DNA from: Eledone cirrhosa
Lineage: Eukaryota
NCBI GenBank assembly: GCA_964016885.1
Contig: OZ024742.1
Coordinates: 313,844,001 to 313,908,000 of the forward strand
Reading direction: 5' to 3'
Length of the DNA stretch: 64,000 nucleotides
Numbering within the stretch: position 1 is the stretch's first letter; every line of letters begins with the position of its first letter. The position numbers were made by a program, and so were the translations under genes. Under the pieces are notes generated by a model that saw only the letters and a list, made by a program, of their open reading frames with translations, did not search any database and was not told the DNA's origin. Shown here in pieces: positions 31,351 through 45,399 of this stretch.

Positions 31351-32195
31351 TCCAAGGCAGAATGCGAGAATGTTTAAGTTATTTGATAAAATCCATACCA
31401 GCATTTGACTGGTATTTTATTTCATCGTTACCAGAAGAAAGGAAGGCAAACGAAGACAAATAAATATCACAAAGTATTCACAATCAGGCTCTATCGATTC
31501 TGACCCTATCATCCTAATATCTAAACATCAACAACAACAGCAACGATAATAATAGATTCTAACACAAGCACAATGTTTGTGGGAAAGTCGAAGTTGATGA
31601 GATCGATCGAAGTAAGGTATTTATCGGTAAGGAATGTAATGAAAGACACTTTCGATCTCAGTAGGATTTCAACTTAAAATGTGAAACAAAAGAAAAAAGT
31701 ATTTAAATATCGTAAAACATTTTTTCGACGCTCTCTCTATTCTACCATGGCCATATTGAGAGCTAATTTAGGCTCAAGGGCAGCAAACCTTTATGGGAAG
31801 GGCAAAGTTGATTAAATCAACCCCAGTACTTGACTGTTACTATATATATTCTATCCATCATTCCAATATATATATCTTTAATTTAGGCACAATTCAACAA
31901 ATCTTTAGAGAAAGGCAAAGTTGATTAAATCAATCCGAGTAGTTCACTGGTACTATATATTTTATCCACCATTCCAATATTAATAACAAAATAGAAAAAG
32001 AGATAACAGCATTGAAATGGTTAATTAAAGCAGAGTTTGATTTGCAAGGTCAATAAATAATAGTGGCCATAGAATACAAAACAATACACAGCCCTCAATT
32101 ATGTATCATCGATCTTTCATAATAAAATTAAATATGACCCAAACACCATCATACCACGCGCCATCATAACACACACATTCTCGCTCTCTCTCGCG

Positions 32196-32229
<34 letters not shown>

Positions 32230-32258
32230 CATACATATATATATATATATATACATAT

Positions 32259-32414
<156 letters not shown>

Positions 32415-32451
32415 GATATTAACAAATGGAAACTATATTTATAAAACCATA

Positions 32452-32519
32452 TCTATTCTATTATACATATTTCAAGGATACCATGTTAAATTATGGTATG
32501 CTTTCATCAGACAAAATAC
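32452..32519 (-). ncRNA. Hammerhead ribozyme motif in a small foldback
   Basis: tattttgt-CTGATGA-aagcataccat-aatttaac-atggtatcctt-GAAA-tatgta-TA-atagaata; 8-bp stem I with wobbles. Confidence 0.55.
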
Positions 32520-32591
32520 AATATATACCAGTTTTATAAATAAATATTGACATACCCTTTCAAAATGCAACCGTTACTTTTGGAAGACATC

Positions 32592-32627
<36 letters not shown>

Positions 32628-32884
32628 AATACATACAAAGGAGTATATACCGGTAAAACTTATTTATATAAACATGTTTTAACGGTATATTCTCCTTTGT
32701 ATTCATTTCTTTTGTAACCGTTCTGCTTATATTTTCGCCCACTAAATATCAACGCTTCTAATATTTAACCCTGTAGGCACAAGTATTGAGCACATTTGCA
32801 CAAACTATTGGCAACTAAATATATGTATCGCTTATCTCTTCTTTTTTTCTCTCTCTCGATATATATATATGTTTACATACATAT

Positions 32885-32971
<87 letters not shown>

Positions 32972-32991
32972 TATATATATATATATATATA

Positions 32992-33887
32992 CGAGGTGTG
33001 TCAGAAAAGCTCCAGGACTGATGTCACAAAAGATTTATTTCAAACCCAAACTTCACACTAAGAGTTTTCTCCTTCAAAGTAACCCCCCTGGAGCATGTAA
33101 CTGTAATCTTAGCTCTCTGCAGCGACCAAACTTTTTTCTTCATAATTTTATATACATGTCCTCTGTTTCAGGTCGTCAAACAATGAGCACAGAGCAACGA
33201 ACAAACTTGAAAACTCCGTCAGAAGCACTGGGATCGCTGCAGCAAATGTATGGAGATGAGACGATGTCACGCTCACGTGTTTTTGAGTGGTGCAAGAGGC
33301 TTAAAGAAGGACGCGAGGACGTGGAAGATGACTCCAGGAGCGGAAGGCCCTCAACAACCAGGACTGTGGTCAACGTTGAGCGCGTCAGGCAGATGGTGCG
33401 TAGCGATCGTCGGCTGACTGTTCGACTGATGGCAAATGAGTTGGGCATGAATCGGGACAGCGTCTGGAAGATTCTCCCTGAAGATTTGGACATGCTGAAA
33501 GTCTGCGCGAATATGGTGCCAAAACTGCTGAACGATGACCAGAAGGGTCGACGCATGCAAGTGTGCCAGGACATCCTCGAGCGTCTTGAAACCGAACCAG
33601 ACTTGCTAGGGACAGTCATCACCGATGATGAGTGATGGATCTTCGAGTACGACCCGGAGAGGACCCGTTTTGAAGACGTGGACGACATCAAAAAGGCCGT
33701 GAGGACGGAACTGCGGAGGATCCCGGAAGAATCCTTCCAGGAGTGCATGTAAGCGTGGCAGAAAAGGATGGAAAAGTGCATTAGACTCCAGGGGGATTAC
33801 TTTGAAGGAGAAAACTCTTAGTATAAAGTTTGGGTTTGAAATAAATCTTTTGTGACATCAGTCCTGGAACTTTTCTGACCCACCTCG
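32992..33887 (+). mobile_element. Internally deleted mariner element with 102-bp TIRs, TA target
   Basis: 32992-33093 is inverted against 33786-33887; TA on both sides. Confidence 0.93.
33183..33821 (+). pseudogene. Mariner transposase remnant: HTH intact, catalytic D34D region deleted in frame, two stops
   Basis: VFEWCKR.KEGREDVEDDSRSGRP, MVPKLL, VITDDE*WIFEYDPE fused to RTRFEDVDDIK...CIRLQGDYFEG. Confidence 0.9.
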
Positions 33888-35025
33888 TATATATATACAC
33901 ACACACACACATATATTTATATATATGTGTGACTATCTAACGTTAATTTGAAGAGACTTCAAGAAAACATAATCAAGTCACATAAGCATAAGTATATATT
34001 TATATTCCATTTACTCTATCTCCGGAGACAGTATATATGATATATGTATTTACTTCAATAAGTGGCATGATTATATTTTCAAATGTCTCTTCAAATTAAC
34101 TGTATTTATATTTTATTGAACATGTTAATGGTGTAAATCTGATTGTTGTCACTTTTATGGAGTTTTTTGATACTTTCTATGCACAAAACTGTATAACTAA
34201 GAAATATTTATCCATATAACAAACTGCACTGTCTGTCTGGTTACATGATCAACGGGCTTGCTAGAAATAGAAGCTTAATATCATTCAAACTACACACTTC
34301 CTTCTTGACAAAGGATTCATTAGGCAATATAGTCCTTTGAATATTATACCTGAAACTAAGATCGAATGGTCACAGAATGAATGATTCTGACCTTAAGACT
34401 GATTGATGAGGGCTGATCTGAAGTAAATAGCAACAATTATTGATTTCTGATTTAAGCAAAAGTCCCCGAAAATTTGGAGAAGGCCAAAGTTGATTAAATA
34501 AACCCTAGTTCTTAATTTGTACTTTATTTTAGTGACCCTGGATGTTGTTGTCGGCGGGATTTGAACTATGACATTTTATCCGACCTTTAACTAATCCTTA
34601 CAATTCTAAATTAAAATTACAATGGAAGGACTAAATATAAGGATAAACATTTTAAAACGAGTATTTTTGTATCATAAATACAGGACAGTTTTAGGCGGGT
34701 TGTTATTGAAAGGGTTAAAATCTAAAAACCTCCAAGCAAGGGAGATAACTCTAATATCATCACATCAAAATTCTGATGATATTGAAACAAAATGATGATA
34801 CAGATAAGCATGGATTTTAATGAATAGGTATTTTTGTTTCCCAAGCATCTGAAACACCGACGCAGGATCGAATTACTTGTGCGCCAAATCTATCATCACC
34901 GGCTTTCATATCCTATAACCATATTGTTTGGATTATTACCATATTTCCTCACATTTATCGTATCTTTACGCATATGGACACATCTGGCCAGATCTGTCTC
35001 ACTTGACCCTATAGTTTCTTCTCTT

Positions 35026-35108
<83 letters not shown>

Positions 35109-36150
35109 GGTGTATGTGCCAGTGTCTGTTTGCGTGAGGGTATTACTGAATGCATACATTATAGAATCTATACATATAAAAATAGATTATAGCGTAAAAA
35201 AAGACAAAATAATGGAAATAGTAGTAAAATAAATAAACCAATATATGAAAACAATAATTGAAAATTGAAGAAGAAGAAGAGGACGATGACGACGAAGAAT
35301 GAGAAGATAAATAATAACAAATGATGAAAGGAAAATGATTACATCAGAAATAACAAAGAAAGTCGAAGATAAGAAGAAAACATTCTAAAATATCAGACTG
35401 AAGCCAATAAATAGAAATGAAAAAATATATAGATATAAAATATAAAAGAATTAAACACGTATATGAAATGATGAAACATAACAAAAAAGAAAACAAAACG
35501 ATGATAGAAAATACTAATAAACAAATAGATAACCAAATAAAAGAGAAAATAGAACTAAGAAATATAGAAAAATAACACTCCAGCCGAGCATCTAAACATT
35601 CCGTCTTTTCGTTTGTTTAGACAATTGGTATATTTGTATAGGAATCAATATTTCAAAAAATTGAGTATGGGGTGAGGTTTGGTATAGGTGGCTGGCTTGT
35701 TGAAGGTAGGTTTAGAGGATTAGCTGCATAGAGTTCTATTAGTGATTGTAATTAAGGTGAATTGCCAGAGTCATTAGAGCTACGGTATTAGTTCCGGCTC
35801 TCTGCGCTCCGAGTTCAAGTCATGTTGAAGTCATCATTGCCTTTCTTTCTTTTTTTTTTCGGGATTAATATATAAAGTACAGGTCCAGGAACGATGCATT
35901 AGTAGAGGTATTAAAGGAGCTGTATCTGCCATGGCTTTGTCCACAGAGCCATGGCAGATACAGTTCCTGAGTTCAAATCCCACTTCTTGTTACCGGAATA
36001 AAAATGACATACAAAGGAAATGATTCATTCTTTTAAATGTATGTACGTATGAACTCGTAGCTACTAATGGAGTCATAGGGGTGTTGTCATGGGCAATTTA
36101 AACCTAGCGGAGCCCATCCCCTCACCAGGTCTGAAAACAGCCGATTTCTT

Positions 36151-36189
<39 letters not shown>

Positions 36190-37317
36190 GTGAGCAACAG
36201 TTATAGAGGAAGAATCGATCCTTTTACTGAGCTGGTACTTTTTTTTTTACCACGAAAGCATAAAAAGCGAAGTTCACTCGTCAGGATTTGAACTCAGACA
36301 GCGCAGAAAACCGGAACAAATTCCGCAAAGCATTCTATTCAATGCTGTAATGTTTCTGCCAATTCGCTGCACATTCTTCAATTACGCCAATGCTGCTTTT
36401 GTCAATATCATTAACACCACAAAAGTAACTTGTTTCACCAAAATTGAACGCGTGCATTTAAAACCAAGAAGTCTAAAATCATATGACACTAATTAGTAAT
36501 TACAATTTTTCAAATGGGAATCATACTTATGAGGCAATTCGATGATTAGAATATCTGTATTTTTTCCAATGTGTGCTTACAATTTACTAATTTCCTTGAT
36601 TGTGGTTGTTGCATACTCCCGTTTTCACAAGTTTACCATCAGCTTTAAATCCGGAATCCTGTTAGCCACTGCAGAATTTCTCAACTTTTGATTATTTGAT
36701 TCTTTACACGGTATGCTTCGGGTAAATGTCATGCTGAATAATCCAGGACCGGCTCAAATATTTCATGGCAGATGGAAGCATCAGCTTTTTCAATATCTAT
36801 GAGGTAGTTATTTTTAATTATATCTAATTTTTAAAACAGATCGTCAATCATTTAATGCATGCGCTTTAGTGCAATTAATTGTCATCTTCTAGATTGAACA
36901 TTTTACGAAGGACCCAGTTTCCATTTAGATTAGCTTATTTAATGACAATTAACAAATTACACGGGGAAGATAGGGATTTAATTGATACAACCAGTGTTTG
37001 GTCTAGTCATTAGAAAACTGCGGCTCACGAGCCGCATGCAGCTTATTTGGTCTTCAGAATGGCATGCCTAATTTTAAAATTGCCTTGAATTATTTAGTAA
37101 TGCAGTCTACTTTACGATGAGCCACATCCTATGTGACCCACTGCTCGAAAAAACAATGCTAATGCCTGGTTTAGTCATACACAATTCTCTAGGGCTAGAA
37201 AATCAATGTTTTTGTGAGGATAGTTAATACCATTAGACTAGGGAATAAGAAAGAAATAAACTATCACTGAGATCATTGTATATACAGAACTGTTAAATTG
37301 ATGATATAAATTAGGAT

Positions 37318-37490
37318 AATTATTTCTACTTTTGGCACAAGGACAGCAATTACCCCAGTACATTACTGGTACTTTATTTATTGACCCCGTAGGCAAAGTT
37401 AACCTCGGCAGCATTTGAACTCAGACCATAAAGGGGCGTAACTCTATGCTGCAAAGCATGGGGTCCCCACCTTCTACCGATACTGCCAGT
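37318..37490 (-). mobile_element. tRNA-derived SINE, short form
   Basis: Main SINE consensus. Confidence 0.8.
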
Positions 37491-37599
37491 GACATAATGA
37501 TTCAAATGATATGAAGATAAAATAATATATATAAAAGTAATTTTCTTCTAGGTTTTGAAAGAATCTATAGTTTCCTCAACACGTGTTGAGGATATTAAC

Positions 37600-37825
37600 C
37601 TACTAAAGCGACTCTCTGACTTTCGAGCTACGCACTCTGTGGAGTAACGTTATTTCTAAGACCCTTCAGAGGAACCCCTTTTCGACTGGTTGTATTCGCG
37701 ATCATATTCTTTCAGTCATTACCCAAGATTCAGGACCATAAGTAAGGGTTGGCACGAATATCGAATTGAAGATAGTGAGTTTGACTTTCACACCTACCCC
37801 CCACTTCTGATTACAGAATGTTGAA
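37600..37825 (-). pseudogene. RTE (Rex3/Expander-like) RT C-terminal fragment
   Basis: VKLTIFNSIFVPTLTYGPESWVMTERI*SRIQPVEKGFL*RVLEITLLHRVRSSKVRESL. Confidence 0.85.
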
Positions 37826-38015
37826 GGTGGTGCATTATTGCAATCGGTAGAGGGTCGGACGCCATGCTTTCCAGCATAGTTACGTCCCTTTACGATCTGA
37901 GTTCAAATCCCGCCGAGGTTGACTTTGCCTTTCATCCTTACAGGGTCGATAAAATAAAGTACCAGTAATGCACTGGATAATTGCTGGCCTTGTGCCTAAA
38001 GTAGAAACAATTATT
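37826..38015 (+). mobile_element. tRNA-derived SINE, short form
   Basis: Main SINE consensus. Confidence 0.85.
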
Positions 38016-38032
38016 GCAACAGATACAGCAAT

Positions 38033-38143
<111 letters not shown>

Positions 38144-38254
38144 CGTGTGTGTGTGTATAATACTTATATATTAATATAATCTTATTACTAGAAAAGCATA
38201 ACGCACATTATTCATACACACATACATATATATGTGTACATTTAAATGTTTGTG

Positions 38255-38307
<53 letters not shown>

Positions 38308-38311
<4 letters not shown>

Positions 38312-38630
38312 GAAAACGAAAAAATCAGTGATGCTTCTGAACTCAATTTATTGTGTGTTACAATTCTCTCACTCACAGAGAATATGCTCAGAAATCATTA
38401 GACGGGTCCGTCGAACCTGCGGGTCGAACCTGCGTGTCCAGAATCAGACAGATCCACACAATGATCGCGTCTAGAGCTGTCCGTCGGCGAAACAATTGTA
38501 ACACACGATAAATTGAGTTCAGAAGCATCACTGATTTTTTGTTTTCTATTATATCATACTCTGCTCTGTAAGAGCATAGATTGGTCAACCGGCATACCGC
38601 CTATGGAAGCATCTTAGCTACCATCAGACA
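38308..38630. repeat. (TA)n-embedded asymmetric foldback (38308-38365 / 38494-38551)
   Basis: Inverted arms; contains the HHR 3' half GAAACAATTGTA. Confidence 0.65.
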
Positions 38631-39024
38631 TATATATATACCACCTGTGACCCTTTGGGTCGCGTTGACTTTAAAAAATTCTTTTAGAACATGTTCACTT
38701 AAAAATAATTTTTACATCTCTCTCTCTTTCCTCTCTCTCTCTCTATCTTCCATTTTCTTCTCTGCCTCCTTCTCTCTCTCTATGTCTCTCTTTAAATCAA
38801 CTCTCCCACAACCACTATCTCTTTCGCTCTATGGAGGCACCCGGATAAACCCCGTATCTCGGGAACCAGTGCTCCGATTTACGCGAAACTAGTTTTATTC
38901 CATTTCTATTCCCGTTTCAGGTGCAACTGCCTTTCAAAGTATTTTCCCATTATGCACCGTTTTGGCTGTATTAAATTACAAACAAGACACAATCACAGAG
39001 TTTTAGTAGTATATAGATATTGTA

Positions 39025-39275
39025 TATCGAATGATATACGGTATGTTTACGAATAAAAATTTGAAAGCCTTTAGCTATGAGTTTTGGAAGCTGGTACTGG
39101 AGCGCCACCTACCGAGTATTACCTTGATAACGGCCACCAGTCAGAAACGACCGCCTGTAATTTCTTCGTTTCTTCTACTGGAACTCTCTAGGTGGCGTCC
39201 GCCACAAGCTTCTTAACTTCATAGCTAAAGGTTTTCAAATGTTTATTCGTAAACATACCGTATATCATTAGATTT
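39025..39275. repeat. Foldback with ~65-bp inverted arms
   Basis: atgatatacggtatgtttacgaataaa...agct is inverted against agctt...tttattcgtaaacataccgtatatcat; decayed TTGATAA-c-ggc..gtc-a-GAAA motif inside. Confidence 0.65.
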
Positions 39276-39330
39276 AAAAAATAAATATATTTATATACGT
39301 ACAGTTATATTGGAGCGAACACCTCACCTT

Positions 39331-39516
<186 letters not shown>

Positions 39517-39925
39517 CATATACGTGTGTGTGTGTTTATGTATAAATAAGTATGTATATGGAAAATGTGTATATATATATATATATGTATATGTATATAT
39601 TTATATCTATATATATATACATATATACGTGCATACGTACATATATTTAAATATATATATAATCATATTAATAAAAAGCATTTCAGTGCTGGAAAATCTA
39701 GTTTTGAACACCTAGTTAAATTGCCACACAAACTACACACGTTAACGATAGAACGCATAACAGAATTTACGCAGATCGCAACACGCATATATGTGTATCG
39801 GTGTATCTTTACATATATGTACACACATACACACATACACACTCACACGCACAGAGACATATATATATATATACATGTATATATACACATAAGATATTTA
39901 TATACACATAAGTCTCCGTTTCGCT

Positions 39926-40092
<167 letters not shown>

Positions 40093-41360
40093 ACTAAACG
40101 GAGGCTTATGTGTATATCTGTGTATATGGAAAATTAGATCGATTCCCTTGCCAAATAAACAAAGTAAAATCAATGCCCTCAGACCTAATCTGAGATACAA
40201 CTCAATGTAATTTAATACAAGTATTTTAAGAGAAAACACAAACCAATATACATTTATTGTTCTGAAAGTCTTATGGAAATTGAAGTGTAGGCTTTTGTTA
40301 TTTACATCTCGATATATTTATCTATCTATTTATTTAATAGCGTTACTTTTCTTTTGCTGTATAGTTCATACCGCCATTAGTTTTAGTTGTGATTATTGTC
40401 CACATAGTTGTAACTATTATTAACGTTGCTATAATTAGGGATGTTGAGATATTGAGGAAAGCTGGTAAGCTCTTAGAAAACTGAGTTTGCCACACGTTTT
40501 CGATTAGCTTTTAAAACTATTTTGTTTTATTTGTAAACCTCAACTAGAATGAACCTACATCTGTTTTGACAGTGAGTGTTCACGTCGAGATACGAAAGAT
40601 AGATGATAAGTTCCAAGGAAACTGAATTTGACTCACGTTTTCGATTAGCTTTTAAAACTAAAATTTTATTCATAAATCTGTAATAAAATGGACCCCGTTT
40701 TTTGTGCACGCCGGGATACGAAGAATAGTTTTAAAAATTCCGAGTTTGCTATATGTTTTCGATTATCAAAAACTATTTTATATGTTATCTGGAATGATAT
40801 GCAATGGAATGGATCTCCGTCGGCCTCAACGATAAACGTCCCAGTTGTTCAATGAATGGAACAGCCTGTTCGTGAATCACTGGTATATATAACTAAGTTG
40901 CTCTTTATTTGGTCTGAGTACAACAGATCTTTTCCAGAGAAAGATAGAGGGCGAGGGAGAGGAAACGAGAAAGAGATATAGAGGAAGAATCGACCCAGTA
41001 CTGAACTCGTACATTTTTTATCGACCTCAAAAGGATAAAATACAAAATTGACCTCGGCGGGATTTGAACTAAGAGAGCAGAGATGCGGAACGGATACCAT
41101 AAAGCATTCTACCCGACGTTCTAACGACTCTCACGATTCGCCGCCATAAGTATTATTATATTCAATGATAAATATGTAAAATACGGAGAAAATAACGTAG
41201 AAAAATAAAAAAAAAAATATATATATAATTTTACAATTACAATTGTTATATATCTGTGTTTTATCTACTAGATTTGTTATTATATAATTAACAATATTTA
41301 ATTAAATGTGGTAAGGGTATATTTGTAATAATGTAATTAAGTAATTGTGATTAAAGTATA

Positions 41361-41600
41361 TGGAGGCGCGTGACCTAGTGGTAAGGATATTGGACTTACG
41401 ATCATAATGTCGTGGGCTGGGTTGTGTGTTATGTTCTTGAGCAACACACTTCATTTCACGGTGCTCCAGTATACTCAGCTGAAAATGAGTACCAGCAATA
41501 GCTGGGGGTTTAACCCTGCGATGGACTGGTGTCATGTCCAGGATGGAGTCTTGTACTCTCAGTCGCTTCACGCCATGAAACCGGGATAAGTATCGGCCTA
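41361..41600 (+). mobile_element. tRNA-derived SINE of a second family with CORE/Meta-like central domain
   Basis: ggaggcgcgtgacctagtggtaag head; gttcttgagcaacacacttc...cagctgaaaatgagtacc; aaccctgcgatggactgg. Confidence 0.7.
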
Positions 41601-42307
41601 ACCAGCCTTAAATGGTTTAAGACAGACTTTAGACTATAGTATGCACTATATTTAAAAAAAAAACTATTACACAAAGTGATCGAACCCGGTACCATATGAT
41701 TGCAAAACGACGTTAACCATTTGGCCACGCTGCTACCGTATTATAAACTTAATCCTCAAACGACGTTACAGAAATCCAATTTCAATTCTGAAAATTTCAA
41801 ATATCTATAATTATTTCTACACGAAACAAAAATAAAATACATTTTTGTTAGATGCTATCTGTCACTTTTATTCAATATGGAGTGAAGTCCTATTAGGAAA
41901 AAAAAAACATTTTTTTGGAACAGAAGTTTGGTAATATAAATATTTACTCACATAAAAAAGCGCAAAAGATTAAATCAACAAATAGACACTCAGAGAATGT
42001 AACTTAGATTTCTTTGTTTTTAACCCTCACCCCTCTCTCTCACTCGCACACACACAAGTTATTATTACTGAAAACCCATATCAGTGACTCTAGAGTTAGA
42101 AATTTCGTGCTTAATGCACATTTCAATATATAATGTAAACTCTAACCCCAGTTACTCTGGAATTTTGCCTGAGTGATCTTCACGGGGTCATCAGACATTT
42201 CTTGTCCGGTGACCCTGTTAGCACACACATAAGCGAAGCCCCTGAGTAACAGAACACTGCCGTGACCTTAAAAATTATTCTCCTAATATTGCATTGTCAA
42301 CACTAAA

Positions 42308-42343
<36 letters not shown>

Positions 42344-42569
42344 CTCCAAGGTTACCAGACCGATAGGTGGCAGTGCTAATGAGCTCGCACTACTTAAAAG
42401 ATGCTCCTCATGACACGTGCCTCAAATACCCTCTAGCAATCAAGTCCTGGTCTTCTCATGTGGCTTAACATACACGCCCGCGGGCTGAACTGTCCCTCTA
42501 AAAAAAGAAGAGGCGTAGGTGGGTTCTGGCACCTTCAAACCAGTGTTCGGGGTAGATGGAAACCCAGGG

Positions 42570-42704
42570 CATTACCGGTATTTTATTCTATCGACCTACG
42601 TAGGCATGAAAGGCAGAGTTAACCTCGGCGGGATTTGAACTGTTATCGTGCAAAGCATGGTATCCGACGCTCTACCGATACTGCCAATCCATCGCTCTCG
42701 AATG

Positions 42705-42737
<33 letters not shown>

Positions 42738-42942
42738 GTTTCTTATATAGGCACAAGGCCAGCAATTTTGGGGGAGGGGAAAAGTCGATTAAATCGATCC
42801 CAGTACGTTACTGGTACTTTATTTTATCGACCCCGTAAGGATGAGAGGCAAAGCTAACCTCGGCGGGATTTGAACTCAAACCGTAAAGGGCCATAACTCT
42901 ATGCTGCAAAGCATGGCGTCCGACCCCCTATCGATACTGCCA
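42570..42942 (-). mobile_element. Two adjacent main-family SINE copies separated by an (AAT)n tail
   Basis: Main SINE consensus. Confidence 0.85.
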
Positions 42943-43194
42943 AAATAATAATTCTTGCAACACGAAAAATAAAGAAACTTTCAACCCTTAATTTTTTATT
43001 TTTTTATTTAAATTTTAATATTTAATATTTGATAAAATGGATTACATCGAAACCAATATTATATTATACACTATATAAACACTTAAAACAAAAAAAAAGA
43101 ATTTCTACTTTTTTCAAAAATAATACTTTGTCGGATTAAAAAAGGAAAAGAGATTCTTTGAATATACTTCCGTGCTGTTTCCATTCTTACACTT

Positions 43195-43225
<31 letters not shown>

Positions 43226-43614
43226 TTCTCTCTGTCTCTCAATATATATACACATACATACATGGTGGCTGCCAACTCGTTTTCGAGTACGACCACTACT
43301 TTATATCCATGTAGGAGAACTCCTACCGATACGCTGAACAAGTGTGACTTTTTAGTCCAGCCAGCGACTTGAAAACTCTGGTAAAAACACTACACTTGTG
43401 ACAATTATTGACACATAGTGCTGGGCCCATGGTGCCATGTGACGACAAGTGCAGAGAGATCTCCAGATATAAAGCAATGCCTGTGCCGTGAAGCTTTTAT
43501 AGTGAGCAAAGGCACTGCACAAAGCCAGTCCTACTCTCTTAACCAAGATAATATTTACCAAAAAGAAGAACAAGTCAACATCATTGGATACCATCAGAAT
43601 TCTAGGAGAAGGAA

Positions 43615-43666
<52 letters not shown>

Positions 43667-43699
43667 TGTATATATAAATATATATGTCCACACACACAC

Positions 43700-43731
<32 letters not shown>

Positions 43732-44344
43732 GTATATATATACGCACACATATTTATACATATGTGTGTGTCTGTGGGTAGGTGTGTATGTGTAATATAA
43801 AACATACTATTGTAATTACAAATTCGAAATTGAAATAAATGAAAACCAGAACAAAACCAAACCACTAGTGAGATACGAATCACGCGTCTGTTATTTAACT
43901 GGTGACAACTTTGTCTCTGACATCATACAGAGATGATGTTCTTTGATTAAATATATCACTGTCCACCTGCTCTTGACTGGACTTTTATCATTCTCCACAC
44001 TTTTGTTGATAATTTGCCAATCATTTTATCCAGACAGAATGAAACTGCTATTGATATCTAATATGATATGAGGTCACGTCTTTGATCCGATAGTTCAATG
44101 AGAATTCATCAGCTTACCAATAGATAGGTGCTTCGAATCTGGTGCATTAACAAACGTATATTGTTTAATAAATACACTTATAAATCCATATAGACTACGT
44201 ATATGTATACTAAACACACATATAGTCTCACTGTATTTTAAGCTGTGATCATATCACAGATATCTCAGCATCGGCGTACGAATGCTGTATGTATCTACAC
44301 AGCACTCTTACATATAGACATATTGTATATGTATTGGTATACAC

Positions 44345-44856
44345 GAGAGGTTCTCAAACTGTTTGGGCCACCACCCCACTCACGGCAACGTAAAACCCTC
44401 AGAACCCCCCCCCCCCCCCCAACTCTATTTCCAGAGAGACCTACCTACAGTCAAATTGTAAATAATTGTCTCTACTATTAGCACACGGCTAGCAATTATC
44501 CCAGTGTATTACTGGTACTTTATTTTATCGACCCCGTAATGATGAAAAGCAAAGTTAACCTCGGCGGGATTTGAACTCAGACCATAAAGGGCCGTAACTC
44601 TTTGCTGCAAAGCATGGCGTCCGACCCTCTACCGATACTGCCAATAATATATAATAAATATAATCGTTAATTTATATATAACAAATAATATAATATATAC
44701 TATGTATAAATAAATATTATATATCTTTTATTTTATTTACATATAATATGTATCATTTGATGTTTAATATACTATTATATCATCTCTACCACCCCATCGC
44801 CCCCTGGACCTTCTCAATGGCCCAGGGGGCGGTAGCGGTGATTTTGGAAACCTCTG
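44345..44856. mobile_element. Old hAT-type MITE containing a nested SINE (44480-44645, minus)
   Basis: Ends agaggttctcaaa / tttggaaacctctg; imperfect 8-bp TSD gtatacac / atatgcac. Confidence 0.55.
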
Positions 44857-45114
44857 ATATGCACCCTTATTTTGGATCAGACTGTGTTAGTACTATTGTG
44901 CTTTAATGTTAAATATCGATTACATTAATGCCTCTAGCGGTTGATATAAAATTTAATCATTTTCTAGTAACTTATGCTATTTTCTTCAAGCATTGAATCA
45001 AGGTATATCTTTCTAGTAATGTTCTTTGTAGGATAAGTAATTATTTAATCCACACAAATTCAGAACATTAGTCAAACACTAAACGACTATCATTAAATAT
45101 ATTCTAGTTGTGGC

Positions 45115-45300
45115 CGTGGATTGGCAGTATCAGTAGAGGGCCGGACGCCACGCTTTGATACATAGAGTTACGTCCCTTTACGGTCTGAGTTCAAATCCCG
45201 CATCGGTTAACTTTGCCTTTCATCCTTATGGGGTTGATAAAATAAAGTACCAGTAATGTACTGGGATAATTGCTGGCCTTGTGCCAAAAGTAGAAACAAT
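45115..45300 (+). mobile_element. tRNA-derived SINE with flanking duplication
   Basis: Main consensus; attaaatatattctagttgtg is present on both sides. Confidence 0.85.
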
Positions 45301-45399
45301 TAAATATATTCTAGTTGTGAGCGCAGCATGCCCGATTCGTGGCATTTTGGGAAAGTATAATTTATTATAGCCATGTTTTGTGAGTAATATTGGGTTGAC

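Noticed and set aside
37000-37175. hAT MITE (tgcggctcacgagccgca motif)
   Set aside because: The left terminus is too decayed to define TIR and TSD confidently
42140-42200. Minus-strand CTGATGA-cccc...gggg as a hammerhead
   Set aside because: No GAAA follows the stem; the same applies to the CTGATGA at ~56530
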